A stretch of 62,451 nucleotides of DNA from Pseudomonadota bacterium (GCA_022562175.1 JADFPU010000001.1:1-62451), one strand, 5' to 3'. Shown: positions 11,689-23,050, numbered from the stretch's first letter. Translations and numbers: made by a program. The notes: generated by a model not told the origin, from the sequence alone.

Positions 11689-12462
11689 TTGGTTAATAAA
11701 CTCACTATAAAGACCATATGTTTATTTGTATTCTTGTTGATCGGCTGGCCGGTTCAAGCCGCCTGGTATCAGGTCGAACTGATTGTATTTGAGCATCTGA
11801 ATCCGAATCTTGATGGGGAACAATGGTCGGAAAATCCAGGACTGCCATCGCGTAATGATTCAATCGATTTGATTACCGGTATCGCTGATCAGATAGATGT
11901 TCAATCCGGAGCAATGGATAGCCAAGATAATCAAGTACATCCTGAGGAAAATACACAGGGTTTAGTCCCATACAAGGCTTTATCCAGTGATAAATTCCGA
12001 CTGAAAAAGGACTTCAGGATACTTGAATTATCCTCAGCATACCGGCCTCTATTACATGTGGCATGGCAACAACCAGGTCTGCATCGTAATTCTGTACGAG
12101 CCGTACACCTGGAGAGTTATGAAAAAACTAATGAGATAGACACACACATATCAGAAGAATTTGTTGATTCACAAAAGGCAGAATATATTTATACGGCAGC
12201 GGAAATTATCTTTGATGGGATAGTGCGACTGCGTAGCGCACATTTTCTGCATGTAGATGTTGATCTGGCATTCTTCCCTGAGCCGGGTTTTCAGGATATA
12301 AAAACACCAATACAGGGTTCTGAAAATATTACCCCCGTTTTACAACAGGCAGATTATGTCCGCCTGACCGAGAGCAGAAGGATAAAATTAAATGAATTAC
12401 ATTACTTTGATCATCCCTTGTTTGGAGTGATTATACAGGTTAGCCGGTTAGAGATTAACTGA
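11689..12462 (+). CDS. CsiV-family periplasmic protein (putative)
   Basis: TTG start 7 nt after AGGAG. The signal peptide ends VQA and is followed by AWYQVELIVFEH, the N-terminal signature I associate with the CsiV family. It is adjacent to mfd, as I recall for Vibrio. The family assignment comes from memory of the motif only. Confidence 0.6.
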   Translation: MVNKLTIKTICLFVFLLIGWPVQAAWYQVELIVFEHLNPNLDGEQWSENPGLPSRNDSIDLITGIADQIDVQSGAMDSQDNQVHPEENTQGLVPYKALSSDKFRLKKDFRILELSSAYRPLLHVAWQQPGLHRNSVRAVHLESYEKTNEIDTHISEEFVDSQKAEYIYTAAEIIFDGIVRLRSAHFLHVDVDLAFFPEPGFQDIKTPIQGSENITPVLQQADYVRLTESRRIKLNELHYFDHPLFGVIIQVSRLEIN

Positions 12463-12589
12463 TGCTTAATCCCCGTTAGATTAAAATGAACTGTTATCTT
12501 TATCCTTATCCGGACGATTGTATTGGCCGGTAAAATCGTGTCTTAATTTCATTCGCACACATTGCTCCAGTTCTAGTTCGGCAAGGAAA

Positions 12590-13330
12590 TTAAATTTTCG
12601 GAATAACCGCTGCCAATAATGCGTGTACTTTCTCAAGTGCATTACGCATATTCTTTTCGATTACTTGCATGGTAATTTCATCACTGGACTTGCCAGCGGC
12701 CCAATTGGCAACTATTGAAATCGAAACATAATTTATTTCCAGTTCCTTGGCCAGTGATGCCTCAGGCATGCCAGTCATGCCGACGATATCACAGCCATCT
12801 CTCTCCATTCGTTCTATCTCTGCTGCTGTCTCCAGACGAGGACCTTGCGTTACGCCATAAGTAGCCGCAGGGGATAGATCGAGTTTTTCATTCATGGCAG
12901 TATTAATTAACAAGCTACGTAGACTCCTTGAGTATGGTTGAGAAAAGTCTATATGCATGGCAGTGCTCAGGTTGTCCTCAAAAAATGTATGTGCGCGAGA
13001 CCATGTGTAGTCAATTATTTGATCCGGACATGTGAGGCGGCCAGGGTACATTTCTCCGGTAATACCCCCAACGGCATTAATCCCGATAATATTTTTTACC
13101 TGATGCTCTTTCAGAACCCAGATATTGGCTCTGTAGTTTACTTTATGTGGTGGAATAACGTGAGGGTCACCGTGACGTGGCAAGAAGATTATTTCCTTAT
13201 CAGCATATGTCCCATAGGTCAATGTGCCTGATGGCATGCCATAGGGGGTCTCATATTCTTGTTGTCTCGTCACAACGGTCCCGTTTAGCTTTGTCAGGCC
13301 GGAACCGCCTATGATGGCTAAATCACTCAT
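12590..13330 (-). CDS. S-methyl-5'-thioadenosine / 5'-methylthioinosine phosphorylase (MTAP family)
   Basis: 246 aa with IIGGSGL, FLPRHG, VNYRANIW, TQGPRLETAAE and IVGMTGMPEA motifs. MTA versus MTI specificity cannot be decided from sequence. Confidence 0.88.
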   Translation of the reverse strand: MSDLAIIGGSGLTKLNGTVVTRQQEYETPYGMPSGTLTYGTYADKEIIFLPRHGDPHVIPPHKVNYRANIWVLKEHQVKNIIGINAVGGITGEMYPGRLTCPDQIIDYTWSRAHTFFEDNLSTAMHIDFSQPYSRSLRSLLINTAMNEKLDLSPAATYGVTQGPRLETAAEIERMERDGCDIVGMTGMPEASLAKELEINYVSISIVANWAAGKSSDEITMQVIEKNMRNALEKVHALLAAVIPKI

Positions 13331-14199
13331 TGTTGTTGCAAAAGGACTTTTCCCGACCAGTCTCGAGCAAACTGCCAGGCAGTTCGACCACTTCGAGAAC
13401 CGTGTTCAAGTGCCCACTTCAGAGCAGCCTTGTTGGCAATGTCTCTATTTGGGCGTGGTGCGTTTAATTTATTAAGCCAGTGTTCAATAATGGTTAAATA
13501 TTGCTCCTGATTGAAAGGCTGGAAAGATAGCCATACACCGAAGCGCTCTGATAAAGATAATTTTTCTTCAATAGCCTCACTCAAATGCAGTTCTCCTTCA
13601 ACGATTTGACTCTGCTGGTTATCACTCATATATTCTGGCATCAGGTGCCGGCGGTTAGAGGTTGCGTATATCAACACGTTGTCGGGGGTGTTGCTGATAG
13701 AACCATCGAGTATAACTTTTAATGCTTTATAGCTGGAGTCATTTGCCTCAAAAGATAAATCGTCACAGAAAATGATAATGCGGCCATCCAGTTCTGAGGC
13801 TAACTGGAAAATATCGTGCAGGTCATCAAGGTGTTGTCGTTCGACTTCAATCAAACGTAGTCCATCATTCTTGTATTCATTTAACAATGCTTTAATAAGT
13901 GATGATTTGCCAGTGCCGCGTGGCCCCGATAACAGTACATTGTTGGCAGGGAATCCCTTGATGAACTGTTTTGTATTCTGGACAAGCGCATCTTTCTGGC
14001 GAGATATACATTTCAGATCATCCAGTTGAATCGGGCTGATATTGTTGACTGGTTCCAACCATGAATGCTTGTTTTTACAGCGCCAGCGTATCGCTGAAGC
14101 GGTATTTAATTCCACCGGTTCCCGTTGCGGGGGTAATAAAGGATCCAGCCTGTCAATCAAGGCATTGGCACGTTCAAAAAATCTGTCAATTTGAGACAT
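13327..14199 (-). CDS. DUF815-family AAA ATPase (function unknown)
   Basis: 290 aa with Walker A GPRGTGKSS and Walker B IIFCDDLSF. Its stop overlaps the MTAP start by 4 nt. Confidence 0.8.
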   Translation of the reverse strand: MSQIDRFFERANALIDRLDPLLPPQREPVELNTASAIRWRCKNKHSWLEPVNNISPIQLDDLKCISRQKDALVQNTKQFIKGFPANNVLLSGPRGTGKSSLIKALLNEYKNDGLRLIEVERQHLDDLHDIFQLASELDGRIIIFCDDLSFEANDSSYKALKVILDGSISNTPDNVLIYATSNRRHLMPEYMSDNQQSQIVEGELHLSEAIEEKLSLSERFGVWLSFQPFNQEQYLTIIEHWLNKLNAPRPNRDIANKAALKWALEHGSRSGRTAWQFARDWSGKVLLQQQ

Positions 14200-14334
14200 T
14201 GCAGTGATATAAGAGACTTGTATTTGAGTAAGCCAGTATAAATGAATTTAAAAAAATATTCTTATGGGAATACAAACAGGTTGTATGTAAAAAAATTACC
14301 TGGCAGATTAGTTATTTGTTTTTTTGTTTCCGTC

Positions 14335-17187
14335 TCATGCGTTTAACAGAGATATCAGAGCTTTATTAAGACTTGATTCAATTCTGTTTTTATATTTAAG
14401 AAAATGGATTGTTTGCAGATCTTCTACAGATGATTCAATAAACATATTGCGTGATAAATCAATATCAGCGATATAAATAGGGTAAGCTTCTCCGTTTGAG
14501 CGATGCTTCAAAACATGTTTTGCAGTAGCAATGAATATATCATCTCCATATTCAAGTGACGAAAATTCATTATCCTGGCAATATATTGTCAGCATGGTCT
14601 GTTTATTATCATTCATATCACCAACCACCTGTATATTAAAGCAACTCTTTGAGTAAGGCTCTGGTGTAACTTCGATCAAACTCGCCAGGTATTGCTTTCC
14701 CCTGTTTTTTGACAGAAAATAAAATTCGACTGATATTTTATCAGTCGGTAAGTTATCACCACCACGCAGTATTTCACGCCGCTCGCTGATGGAAGAGAAA
14801 AACAGATTAAAATAATTGACTAATGACTGACTATTGTAAAATGGCATCACCTGATTAAACAATGAACCTCTCTCATCAATGATAAAAATATTTGCTTCCT
14901 TGTTCTCGACATAAAAAAACATCTGAATAACAGATGGTTTATTTAGCCTGTAGATGACAGGTATTGGTGAATGCCAGTTTATTTTTTCATCAAAGATTAC
15001 CGGCCCATAGCCAGGACGTGGTGAGCTGAGTTTATTTATCAAGCTGGCGGCAGAATTTGCCGTTGCATAGGTTAACTTGCCTTCATTTGATTCAGTTATA
15101 TAGAAACTATCTTCAGCTATTAACACATAGCGTGTCAGTTCTGCGTGTGGGTGTCCGAAATAGCTGTTAATGATGTCAGTGAAAAGAGGGGCGATGCGTC
15201 TTGAAATGGTATTCCCATAAGAGGGTGAGAAACAAAAACTGCTTATTATGGTCGGTGGAAGTTGTTTCTGTATAGGTGACCAGCGAAGGTAGTCACAGAT
15301 ACACTGCATCAGTCCTTTTATGCCGGTGTAGCTGTAAATTAATATTTCTTCCCAACTGGTAGCAACAATCAGGTCAAACGACTTGGCCAGATTCTCGTGC
15401 TTGCCGCCATAACTTAACGCATCATCACGGTTGCTGAACAGCAGTTTGTTTTCATTTTGTACAGCCTGTTTAAGTTTTACACCAACATTGATGAATAATC
15501 CGCTGGTAATGGCTATCGCCGGGTTGTTGAGATCATTGAAATTTGATTTCTTTATACTTCCATCAGGGAACAATTTTTCCAATGTTATGATGATGGATTT
15601 TAATTCCTTGATTGATACAGACAAGTTATATGAATGCACAGATATGGCTGTTGCAGAATTAATTATTTGATTGAAGTGGCACCAGGCGAGTAATTCCATG
15701 ACACTATGCGCTCTTTTAAGCGGTTTTCTATCGCCGATGTTGTGAGGGCTAATTTGACCACGAAAAAGCAGGTATCTATCCTTGCCATCATTATGTTCCA
15801 GGTGACAGATGGAGATTTCCCGTTCAAACAGGTTAGGAGCAATGCCACGATTTATAATTTCAACCTTGCCCGCCTTGCGTTCAAAGGCTGCATACAGTTT
15901 TCGTCCGAGTATATTCAGTTCCGCCTGACTGACGCGTGAAACTTCTGCATGCTGCCGGGCGAAATCAGAGAGAAATCGATAACTTTCCTGGAACGCCTTG
16001 ACGAGTAACTTTCGTTCATCAATGACATTATCTATGCGCCATGATTCTCGTGAATCCAGTATGGAAAGTTTTTCACTGTCCCAACCCCAGTCCAATAACA
16101 TATTTCCAAGAGTTTCTCTTCGCCAGTTAGTTAATCCTTTTTTGATTTTCTGACTCATGCGTAGATTAATCTTGAAGTAAAAGCATTCCCTGAAGAGATC
16201 TAGACGATCTTTTTCAATCCGGATCATTAAATATTCCTCGATCTTTTTATACATCATGATATAGGGATCAAGGGCGACGAATTCCGTGACGTTATTGTAT
16301 ACCGCTTTTTTGAATGACAGACTTAGCAGCTCGATATGCGGATGTTCACTTGCATAGACTTCCATTAACAGGAGTTTGAGGACAGATTTATAAGGTGAAT
16401 ATATACCTTTATAAAGTTGCCAGACTGCCGCGCCAAAAAATTCATCAGTAGGAATATTTGCGACATCACCAAAATCGACAACATCATCTTTGTCCAGTTG
16501 ACCACTATCAAATAACGCAGCAATGTATTGTTCATAATATGGCTCCTGATCAGGTGGTACTAACCACCAGACCGGAAAGCGACCAGCGATCAGCAGACTG
16601 GATCGGTAAAACTCATCCAGCAGCAGATAATGTTGAGCCGAGCCACTGCTTTCCGATGACAAATTATCATGCTGTCCCTGTTTAAATGTCTGATCATCAA
16701 ACACAAAAAAATGTACTTCCAGGCGTAACTCCATCGCCCAGGTTTCAATCTGCCTGGCTTTTTCTGTTAGTTCTTCCAGTCTGTCTACTGAAATGTCTGA
16801 TGTATGGATCAGCCATATATCAAAATCGCTTTTACTGCTGTAGGCAATGGTTCCACTACTACCCATGCAAAACAGGGCGAGAATATCTATTTTATGGCGC
16901 ATGCGCCGATCCAGCTTAAAGTCGGGGAAGTGTCTGGATACGCCTTTAATGGCAGCCTTGGTCGGCGAGTATTGTGAGACACCGGCAGGGGTGTTTTGTG
17001 TCACATAACCAGGTAGCTCCGGTTGATTGGTATGAAACAGTAACGGTAACAGATCCAGGAAATCACGCTGGCTGGCTGGCAGGCATTCTTGTGTACGCAG
17101 GATTCGCTCACGGTTGATCCTCAGGAATTTATCCTGAATTTTACGGACGTGATTCGGTGCAAAATTGGCTAAAGCGGTTTCTGCCAT
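14335..17187 (-). CDS. cyaA: class I adenylate cyclase
   Basis: 950 aa. The N-terminus (RINRERILRTQECLPASQRDFLDLLPLLFHTNQPELPGYV) and the overall length are typical of enterobacterial-type CyaA. Confidence 0.9.
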   Translation of the reverse strand: MAETALANFAPNHVRKIQDKFLRINRERILRTQECLPASQRDFLDLLPLLFHTNQPELPGYVTQNTPAGVSQYSPTKAAIKGVSRHFPDFKLDRRMRHKIDILALFCMGSSGTIAYSSKSDFDIWLIHTSDISVDRLEELTEKARQIETWAMELRLEVHFFVFDDQTFKQGQHDNLSSESSGSAQHYLLLDEFYRSSLLIAGRFPVWWLVPPDQEPYYEQYIAALFDSGQLDKDDVVDFGDVANIPTDEFFGAAVWQLYKGIYSPYKSVLKLLLMEVYASEHPHIELLSLSFKKAVYNNVTEFVALDPYIMMYKKIEEYLMIRIEKDRLDLFRECFYFKINLRMSQKIKKGLTNWRRETLGNMLLDWGWDSEKLSILDSRESWRIDNVIDERKLLVKAFQESYRFLSDFARQHAEVSRVSQAELNILGRKLYAAFERKAGKVEIINRGIAPNLFEREISICHLEHNDGKDRYLLFRGQISPHNIGDRKPLKRAHSVMELLAWCHFNQIINSATAISVHSYNLSVSIKELKSIIITLEKLFPDGSIKKSNFNDLNNPAIAITSGLFINVGVKLKQAVQNENKLLFSNRDDALSYGGKHENLAKSFDLIVATSWEEILIYSYTGIKGLMQCICDYLRWSPIQKQLPPTIISSFCFSPSYGNTISRRIAPLFTDIINSYFGHPHAELTRYVLIAEDSFYITESNEGKLTYATANSAASLINKLSSPRPGYGPVIFDEKINWHSPIPVIYRLNKPSVIQMFFYVENKEANIFIIDERGSLFNQVMPFYNSQSLVNYFNLFFSSISERREILRGGDNLPTDKISVEFYFLSKNRGKQYLASLIEVTPEPYSKSCFNIQVVGDMNDNKQTMLTIYCQDNEFSSLEYGDDIFIATAKHVLKHRSNGEAYPIYIADIDLSRNMFIESSVEDLQTIHFLKYKNRIESSLNKALISLLNA

Positions 17188-17472
17188 TTTATTCAGGCAA
17201 ACCGTACTAAAATTAGATCATGTGTCATACATTAATCACTCTTGTTAGCTGTAGATAGATTTCCCTTGCGGGCGATTAAAATCCGGAATTTGATGATTTT
17301 TGCTAAATTACAGATACACTCTCTGCTGTATATTGCTTTGATTAGCCTGCATATTCTATCGGCAGAACTGCAATATTCTTCAGTCTTTAGATGAACTTTT
17401 GTATGCCAGGCGGTTATGACAGGAAGCGGGCAATGCCCGTAAAACTACATATAAAACAATAGGAAAGTAACT

Positions 17473-18822
17473 ATGCGATCACTGTTAGGTCTGGTTCTTA
17501 TTGCGCTGGTATCTTCTCCGGTGGTTGCCGAGTCACACAGGGTAGGCATTGTTCTAAACGTACGAGACGCCATTGGCCCGGCAACCAGCGATTATATCAA
17601 ACAGGGGTTGGATCTGGCAGCTGAACGTGGCGCCGAACTTGTCTTATTACAGCTTGACACCCCTGGCGGTCTCGATAGCGCCATGCGCGATATTATTCAG
17701 CATATCATTGCTTCCCCGGTACCCGTGGTTATCTTTGTTTCGCCATCAGGCGCCAGGGCTGCCAGTGCCGGGACCTATATGCTCTATGCTGCCCATATCG
17801 CCGCAATGGCGCCCGGTACTAACCTGGGCGCTGCAACACCCGTGCAAATGGGCGGTCTGCCCGATCTCAAGCCACCTGCAAGCAGCAAAAGCAAGGAAAA
17901 TGAGTCTGATGAGGAAGTTGTGCCTGCGTCTGGAGATGCAATGGGCAAGAAAATGGTCAATGACGCTGTGGCGTATATTCGCAGTCTGGCAGAGATGCGT
18001 GGGCGAAATGCCGACTGGGCGGAGCAGGCCGTACGGGTGGCGGCAAGTTTGTCGGCAGAAGAAGCGCTTAAGCGTGGTGTGATAGATATCGTTGCCAGCA
18101 GCCCAACCGACTTGTTAGCCAGAATAGATGGCTGGACTGTCAATATAGCGGGACAGCATATACTGCTGGAGACAGAAGGACTTGAACTTGAGACAATTGT
18201 GGCGGATTGGCGTAATAAATTTTTATCTGTCATTACCAACCCTAATATTGCTTACATTCTCATGTTGCTGGGTATCTATGGCCTGTTCTTTGAGCTTGCC
18301 AATCCGGGCTTTGTGTTGCCCGGTGTTATCGGCGGTATCTGTTTGCTGTTAGCGTTGTATGCGATGCAGGTTCTGCCGGTTAACTATGCCGGCTTAGGTT
18401 TAATCCTGCTTGGTATGGCGTTTATGATTGCTGAGTTGTTCATGCCGAGTTTCGGTGTACTGGGAATCGGCGGGTTTGTTGCGTTCATCATGGGTTCTAT
18501 AATTCTTTTTGATATAGAAGACAGCAATGTATCTATATCACTGTCACTTATTGTTTCAGTTGCCGTACTGACAGCCGGTTTTTTTCTGGTTGCCATGAGG
18601 TTGATTATTAACGCACAAAGGAAGCCTGTTGTGACCGGCGCAGAACAGATGCTTGGCAGTGTGGGTGACGCACTCGAGGACTTTGACGGTACGGGCCATA
18701 TACATATTCACGGTGAGACATGGCAGGCCGAATCCAGTGTGCCCGTGATGCAAGGTGATAAGGTGCAAGTAAAACAAATAAGTGGATTGAAATTGATGGT
18801 TGAACCGCTAAAGGAGGAATAA
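17473..18822 (+). CDS. NfeD-family membrane-bound serine protease
   Basis: 449 aa with a signal peptide, a ClpP-like N-terminal domain, a multi-TM middle section and a C-terminal OB-like tail. It is followed 2 nt later by an SPFH gene, the classic NfeD-stomatin pair. Confidence 0.85.
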   Translation: MRSLLGLVLIALVSSPVVAESHRVGIVLNVRDAIGPATSDYIKQGLDLAAERGAELVLLQLDTPGGLDSAMRDIIQHIIASPVPVVIFVSPSGARAASAGTYMLYAAHIAAMAPGTNLGAATPVQMGGLPDLKPPASSKSKENESDEEVVPASGDAMGKKMVNDAVAYIRSLAEMRGRNADWAEQAVRVAASLSAEEALKRGVIDIVASSPTDLLARIDGWTVNIAGQHILLETEGLELETIVADWRNKFLSVITNPNIAYILMLLGIYGLFFELANPGFVLPGVIGGICLLLALYAMQVLPVNYAGLGLILLGMAFMIAELFMPSFGVLGIGGFVAFIMGSIILFDIEDSNVSISLSLIVSVAVLTAGFFLVAMRLIINAQRKPVVTGAEQMLGSVGDALEDFDGTGHIHIHGETWQAESSVPVMQGDKVQVKQISGLKLMVEPLKEE

Positions 18823-18824
18823 TC

Positions 18825-19580
18825 ATGATGAACTATTTCTATTTGTTGATTCTTCTTGTTGTAATCGTACCGTTGTTTATCAAAATACTGCGTGAATATG
18901 AACGTGCAGTGGTCTTTACCCTGGGTAGATTTACGTCAGTAAAAGGGCCTGGATTGATATTTATTTTTCCGTTTGTACAGCAGATCGAACGCCTTGAGTT
19001 GCGAACCATCGTCATGGATGTGCCGACCCAGGATGTCATCTCACGGGATAATGTGTCTGTCAAGGTCAATGCAGTCATCTACTTTCGGGTCATCGATCCG
19101 GAACGCGCCATTATCCAGGTAGAAGATTATCATGTTGCGACCAGCCAGCTCTCGCAGACAACATTACGAGCGGTACTCGGTAAACATGAACTGGACGAAA
19201 TGTTATCGCAACGGGAAAAACTGAATCATGATATCCGGGCGGATCTGGATAAGCAGACCGATGCCTGGGGCATAAAAGTTGGCAACGTCGAGATTAAGCA
19301 TGTGGATATTGACGAAAGTATGATCCGGGCGATTGCCAAGCAGGCCGAGGCCGAGCGGGAGAGACGCGCCAAGGTGATCCATGCCGAAGGTGAATTGCAG
19401 GCCTCGCATAAATTATTGGCGGCCTCAGAAGTGCTGTCGAATAATCAGAATGCAATGCAATTACGTTATCTGCAAACATTGACTGAAATTGCAGGTGAGA
19501 GGAGTAACACGATTGTCTTCCCGATCCCAATAGACTTCATGAAGGCATTTATGGACATGGCGAAGAGCAAATCTTCCTGA
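18825..19580 (+). CDS. SPFH/band-7 (stomatin-like) protein
   Basis: 251 aa with an N-terminal TM segment and SPFH core motifs ([34 protein letters not shown]). An AGGAGG Shine-Dalgarno lies upstream. Confidence 0.9.
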   Translation: MMNYFYLLILLVVIVPLFIKILREYERAVVFTLGRFTSVKGPGLIFIFPFVQQIERLELRTIVMDVPTQDVISRDNVSVKVNAVIYFRVIDPERAIIQVEDYHVATSQLSQTTLRAVLGKHELDEMLSQREKLNHDIRADLDKQTDAWGIKVGNVEIKHVDIDESMIRAIAKQAEAERERRAKVIHAEGELQASHKLLAASEVLSNNQNAMQLRYLQTLTEIAGERSNTIVFPIPIDFMKAFMDMAKSKSS

Positions 19581-19740
19581 GAATTCACCAGGAGTCTGTC
19601 CTGGAGTAGCTGATCAGGCGCCGGAAATGGTAAAATACCGGCCTGAATATTTAATTCGGCGTGAGCCTTGTCGCCAGGAGATATCTGCCTGGATATTATT
19701 CGCCATTAATCTTCAATTAAACAGTATATAGAGGATATCG

Positions 19741-20994
19741 ATGTATCCAAAAGACATGAAAATAGCAGGGTTTGATGACGAACTCTGGCAGGCGATGGAA
19801 GCTGAGCGACATCGCCAAAATGATCATATTGAGCTGATAGCTTCGGAAAATAACGTTAGCCCCCGGGTCCTGCAGGCCCAGGGTTCTGTATTGACCAATA
19901 AGTATGCCGAGGGTTATCCGGGCAAACGTTATTACGGTGGTTGTGAATATGTCGATGTTGCAGAGCAACTGGCGATTGATCGGGTAAAACAGTTGTTCGG
20001 TGCAGATTTTGCGAATGTGCAGCCACATTCCGGCTCACAGGCTAACGGCGCCGTCTATCTGGCCCTGATAAAACCGGGCGATACCATTATGGGCATGAGC
20101 CTGGCCCACGGTGGTCACCTGACCCATGGTGCATCAGTCAATGTCTCAGGCCGGATATTTAATGCGGTACAGTACGGTTTGAATACGGACACCGGCGAGA
20201 TTGATTACGATGAGGCGGAGAACCTGGCGCTGGAGCATAAACCGAAACTGATCATGACCGGGTTTTCGGCCTATTCACGGGTAGTGGACTGGCAACGTTT
20301 TCGGGATATTGCTGATAAAGTCGGGGCCTATATGGTGGCAGATATTGCGCATGTGGCGGGATTGATCGCTGTAGGTCTGTATCCGAGTCCGGTGCAAATC
20401 GCCGATGTTACAACGACTACAACGCATAAGACCTTACGTGGCCCCCGCTCTGGATTGATCATGGGTAAAGCCAATGAAGAGATAGAGAAAAAGATCAATT
20501 TCATGGTGTTCCCGGCCTATCAGGGGGGACCGTTAATGCATGTCATTGCAGCCAAGGCGGTCGCGTTTAAAGAGGCGTTGCAACCGGAGTTCAAGCAATA
20601 TCAACAGCAGGTACTGAATAACTCAAGGGCTATGGCAAAGGTTTTCATGGATAATGGTGTCAAGATCGTTTCCGGTGGCACGGACAATCATCTGTTTCTG
20701 GTTGATCTGATAGAAAAGGCAATCACCGGCAAGGCGTTGGATGCCGCCCTGGACAGTGCTCATATTACGGTCAACAAGAATGCTGTGCCGAATGACCCGC
20801 AATCCCCGTTTATCACCAGTGGCATCCGTATTGGTACGCCATCGGTGACCACGCGTGGCTTTAAAGAAGAAGAATGCATACAGTTGACCCACTTGATCTG
20901 TGAAATTATTGATAATATGGGTGACGAGTCTGTGATAGAACGCGTTCGTGGAGACGTCAGCGAACTGTGCAAACGTTTCCCCATGTATGCGTGA
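19741..20994 (+). CDS. glyA: serine hydroxymethyltransferase
   Basis: 417 aa with the PLP site [14 protein letters not shown]. Confidence 0.97.
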   Translation: MYPKDMKIAGFDDELWQAMEAERHRQNDHIELIASENNVSPRVLQAQGSVLTNKYAEGYPGKRYYGGCEYVDVAEQLAIDRVKQLFGADFANVQPHSGSQANGAVYLALIKPGDTIMGMSLAHGGHLTHGASVNVSGRIFNAVQYGLNTDTGEIDYDEAENLALEHKPKLIMTGFSAYSRVVDWQRFRDIADKVGAYMVADIAHVAGLIAVGLYPSPVQIADVTTTTTHKTLRGPRSGLIMGKANEEIEKKINFMVFPAYQGGPLMHVIAAKAVAFKEALQPEFKQYQQQVLNNSRAMAKVFMDNGVKIVSGGTDNHLFLVDLIEKAITGKALDAALDSAHITVNKNAVPNDPQSPFITSGIRIGTPSVTTRGFKEEECIQLTHLICEIIDNMGDESVIERVRGDVSELCKRFPMYA

Positions 20995-21092
20995 CATCTG
21001 GGCATCTGATTCGCGTTTGCAGAAAGTAGAATACTCCGGGGGTTGTAAAGTCTCCCCGTTAATCAGTTGTGTTTTTAGGAGAGTGATAGTCT

Positions 21093-21596
21093 ATGCGATG
21101 CCCTTTTTGTACAACAATGGATACGCGAGTCATTGATTCGAGGCTGGTAGGTGAGGGTGATCAAATACGTCGCCGTCGCGAGTGTGTGATTTGTAAAGAG
21201 CGTTTTACCACCTATGAGTCAGCGGAGCTGAATTATCCCCGCATCATAAAGCTTGATGGCCGGCGTGAACAGTTCCAGGAGAATAAACTGCGCGGCGGTA
21301 TCACGCGAGCATTGGAAAAACGCCCGATAAATATGGACAGGGTGGAATTGGCCATCTCTCATATTAAGCATAAGCTGCGGGCAGCGGGTGAAAGAGAGGT
21401 TAAATCGAGAAAATTAGGTGATTGGGTGATGGAGGAACTACGGGTAATGGACCAGGTTGCCTATGTCAGATTCGCATCAGTTTATCGAAGTTTTGAAGAC
21501 GTGCGAGCATTTCTGGAAGAAATTGAACAGCTCGAAAATGAATTGCCTCCGGAACTAAGAAAAGATCAGCTTAATTTACTGCCTGATGAAAGTTAA
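21093..21596 (+). CDS. nrdR: transcriptional repressor NrdR
   Basis: 167 aa with an N-terminal zinc ribbon (CPFC...CVIC) and an ATP-cone. It precedes ribD as in most bacteria. Confidence 0.95.
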   Translation: MRCPFCTTMDTRVIDSRLVGEGDQIRRRRECVICKERFTTYESAELNYPRIIKLDGRREQFQENKLRGGITRALEKRPINMDRVELAISHIKHKLRAAGEREVKSRKLGDWVMEELRVMDQVAYVRFASVYRSFEDVRAFLEEIEQLENELPPELRKDQLNLLPDES

Positions 21597-21779
21597 GACT
21601 TGTTTTGGACAACACTGATATTGGCGGCAGCTGTTACTGACAGGTCAATTTTTCCCGAAGATGTATTCGATAACTCACTCTCGCTGCGGTAGAAATGGCT
21701 CTTGCTATCGGCTTCACATTGCTATGTTCTTTACGGGCAGGTTAATGTTGTGAAATGGCTCGGCGCTGATCATCGATTC

Positions 21780-22862
21780 ATGTCTCGCGCCTTGCAACTG
21801 GCCGAGCGCGGACGCTATAGCGCGCATCCTAATCCTCGCGTCGGTTGTGTGCTGGTCAGGGACGACAAGATCCTTGCTGAAGCCTGGCACGAATATACCG
21901 GCGGGCCACATGCCGAGGTGAATGCCATCAATCAGGCAAATCAGCCTGTCGCAGGTGCGACATGTTATGTCACGCTGGAGCCTTGTAGCCATAGCGGACG
22001 TACCCCGCCTTGTGTTGATAGCCTGATTCGGGCACATATAGCAAAGGTAATCGCCGCCATGCCTGATCCCAATCCCCTGGTTGCGGGCCAGGGATTGTCA
22101 AAACTTGAACAGGCAGGGATAGCGACGGCGGTGGGTCTGTTGGAGTCAGAAGCACGTGCAATAAACAGGGGCTATATTAAGCGAATGACCCAGCAAAGAC
22201 CGTTTGTTCGATGTAAGCTGGCGATGAGTCTTGATGGCAGAACTGCACTTGAGAATGGACAGAGTAAGTGGATCACCGGTCCGCAGGCGAGAATGGATGT
22301 GCAACGGCTGCGTGCACAGAGTTCTGCCGTGATGACAGGGATCGGCACTTTGCTGGCTGATGATCCGGCTCTCGATGTCAGAGAGTCTGCATTGACAGAC
22401 AGACAGCCTTTACGTGTGATCATTGACCCGCAACTAAAGTTTCCGACAGACGCGAAAATGCTGAACTGTGCAGGACGTAGTCTGGTCTTTACTGCCAATC
22501 GTGATAAGGCTGCTCAAACGGTAGTCAGCGATGCGGGTGCAGAAGTGATCATGATGGAGTCTACAGAGGCCGGGTTTTTGCAAGCTGTCTTGCAGTATCT
22601 GGCCGAGGTTGAGGAGTGCAATGAAATCTTGTTGGAAGGCGGGGCGAAGCTTGCGGGAAGTATGCTGACTGCTGGTCTGATTGATGAATTAATTTTATAT
22701 CAGGCAGCCATATTGATGGGCGATAACGCAACAGGCTTGTTCCACCTGCCTGCGTTACAGACGATGGATGAAAAAATCGAACTGGAGTTGATAGATACCC
22801 GGCATGTGGGAAAGGATTTGCGGCACACTCTGAAAGTGAAAAGAAAAGCAGACACTGCATAG
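21780..22862 (+). CDS. ribD: bifunctional riboflavin biosynthesis deaminase/reductase RibD
   Basis: Deaminase zinc motifs HAEVNA and PCSHSGRTPPC are followed by a reductase domain. The ATG at 21780 (MSRALQLAERG) is preferred over the TTG-extended ORF from 21702. A GTG at 21750 remains possible. Confidence 0.9.
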   Translation: MSRALQLAERGRYSAHPNPRVGCVLVRDDKILAEAWHEYTGGPHAEVNAINQANQPVAGATCYVTLEPCSHSGRTPPCVDSLIRAHIAKVIAAMPDPNPLVAGQGLSKLEQAGIATAVGLLESEARAINRGYIKRMTQQRPFVRCKLAMSLDGRTALENGQSKWITGPQARMDVQRLRAQSSAVMTGIGTLLADDPALDVRESALTDRQPLRVIIDPQLKFPTDAKMLNCAGRSLVFTANRDKAAQTVVSDAGAEVIMMESTEAGFLQAVLQYLAEVEECNEILLEGGAKLAGSMLTAGLIDELILYQAAILMGDNATGLFHLPALQTMDEKIELELIDTRHVGKDLRHTLKVKRKADTA

Positions 22863-22878
22863 CTAATTCAATAGAATA

Positions 22879-23018
22879 CTGACCGTCCATAAACGCTATA
22901 ATTTTCTCGCCAAGGCGCAAAGACGCCATGCAAGAAATCATAATATGCTATTAAACCAATATATTATAACTTTGCGGTGTTTGCGCCTTGGCGAGGATTA
23001 TTCTTCATGGATGGACAC
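22879..23018. mobile_element. MITE, outer family (copy A), flanked by a 7-bp direct repeat TAGAATA
   Basis: Terminal inverted repeats of about 60 bp share a perfect 17-bp core, CTCGCCAAGGCGCAAA (left arm 22906-22926, right arm 22974-22995). The ends read ..CCGTCCAT / ATGGATGGACAC. TAGAATA occurs at 22872-22878 and 23019-23025. There is no coding capacity. Related copies lie at 27260, 29661, 34261 and 52586. Confidence 0.8.
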
Positions 23019-23050
23019 TAGAATAGTGTTTATTTACTTTTTGCTTGATT

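Noticed and set aside
17221-17240. CRP-site-like TGTGT...TCAC upstream of cyaA.
   Set aside because: The half-sites start 15 nt apart instead of the 11 required by TGTGA-N6-TCACA.
19581-19740. Possible ZTP (pfl) or other riboswitch in the 160-nt glyA leader, based on CTGCCTGG resembling the CCGCCTGGGC 3' motif.
   Set aside because: The 5' pseudoknot partner and the conserved GGGTCGTGAC/CCGGG elements are not present. Only small generic hairpins, such as CCAGGA-gtctg-TCCTGG at 19588-19604, are visible.
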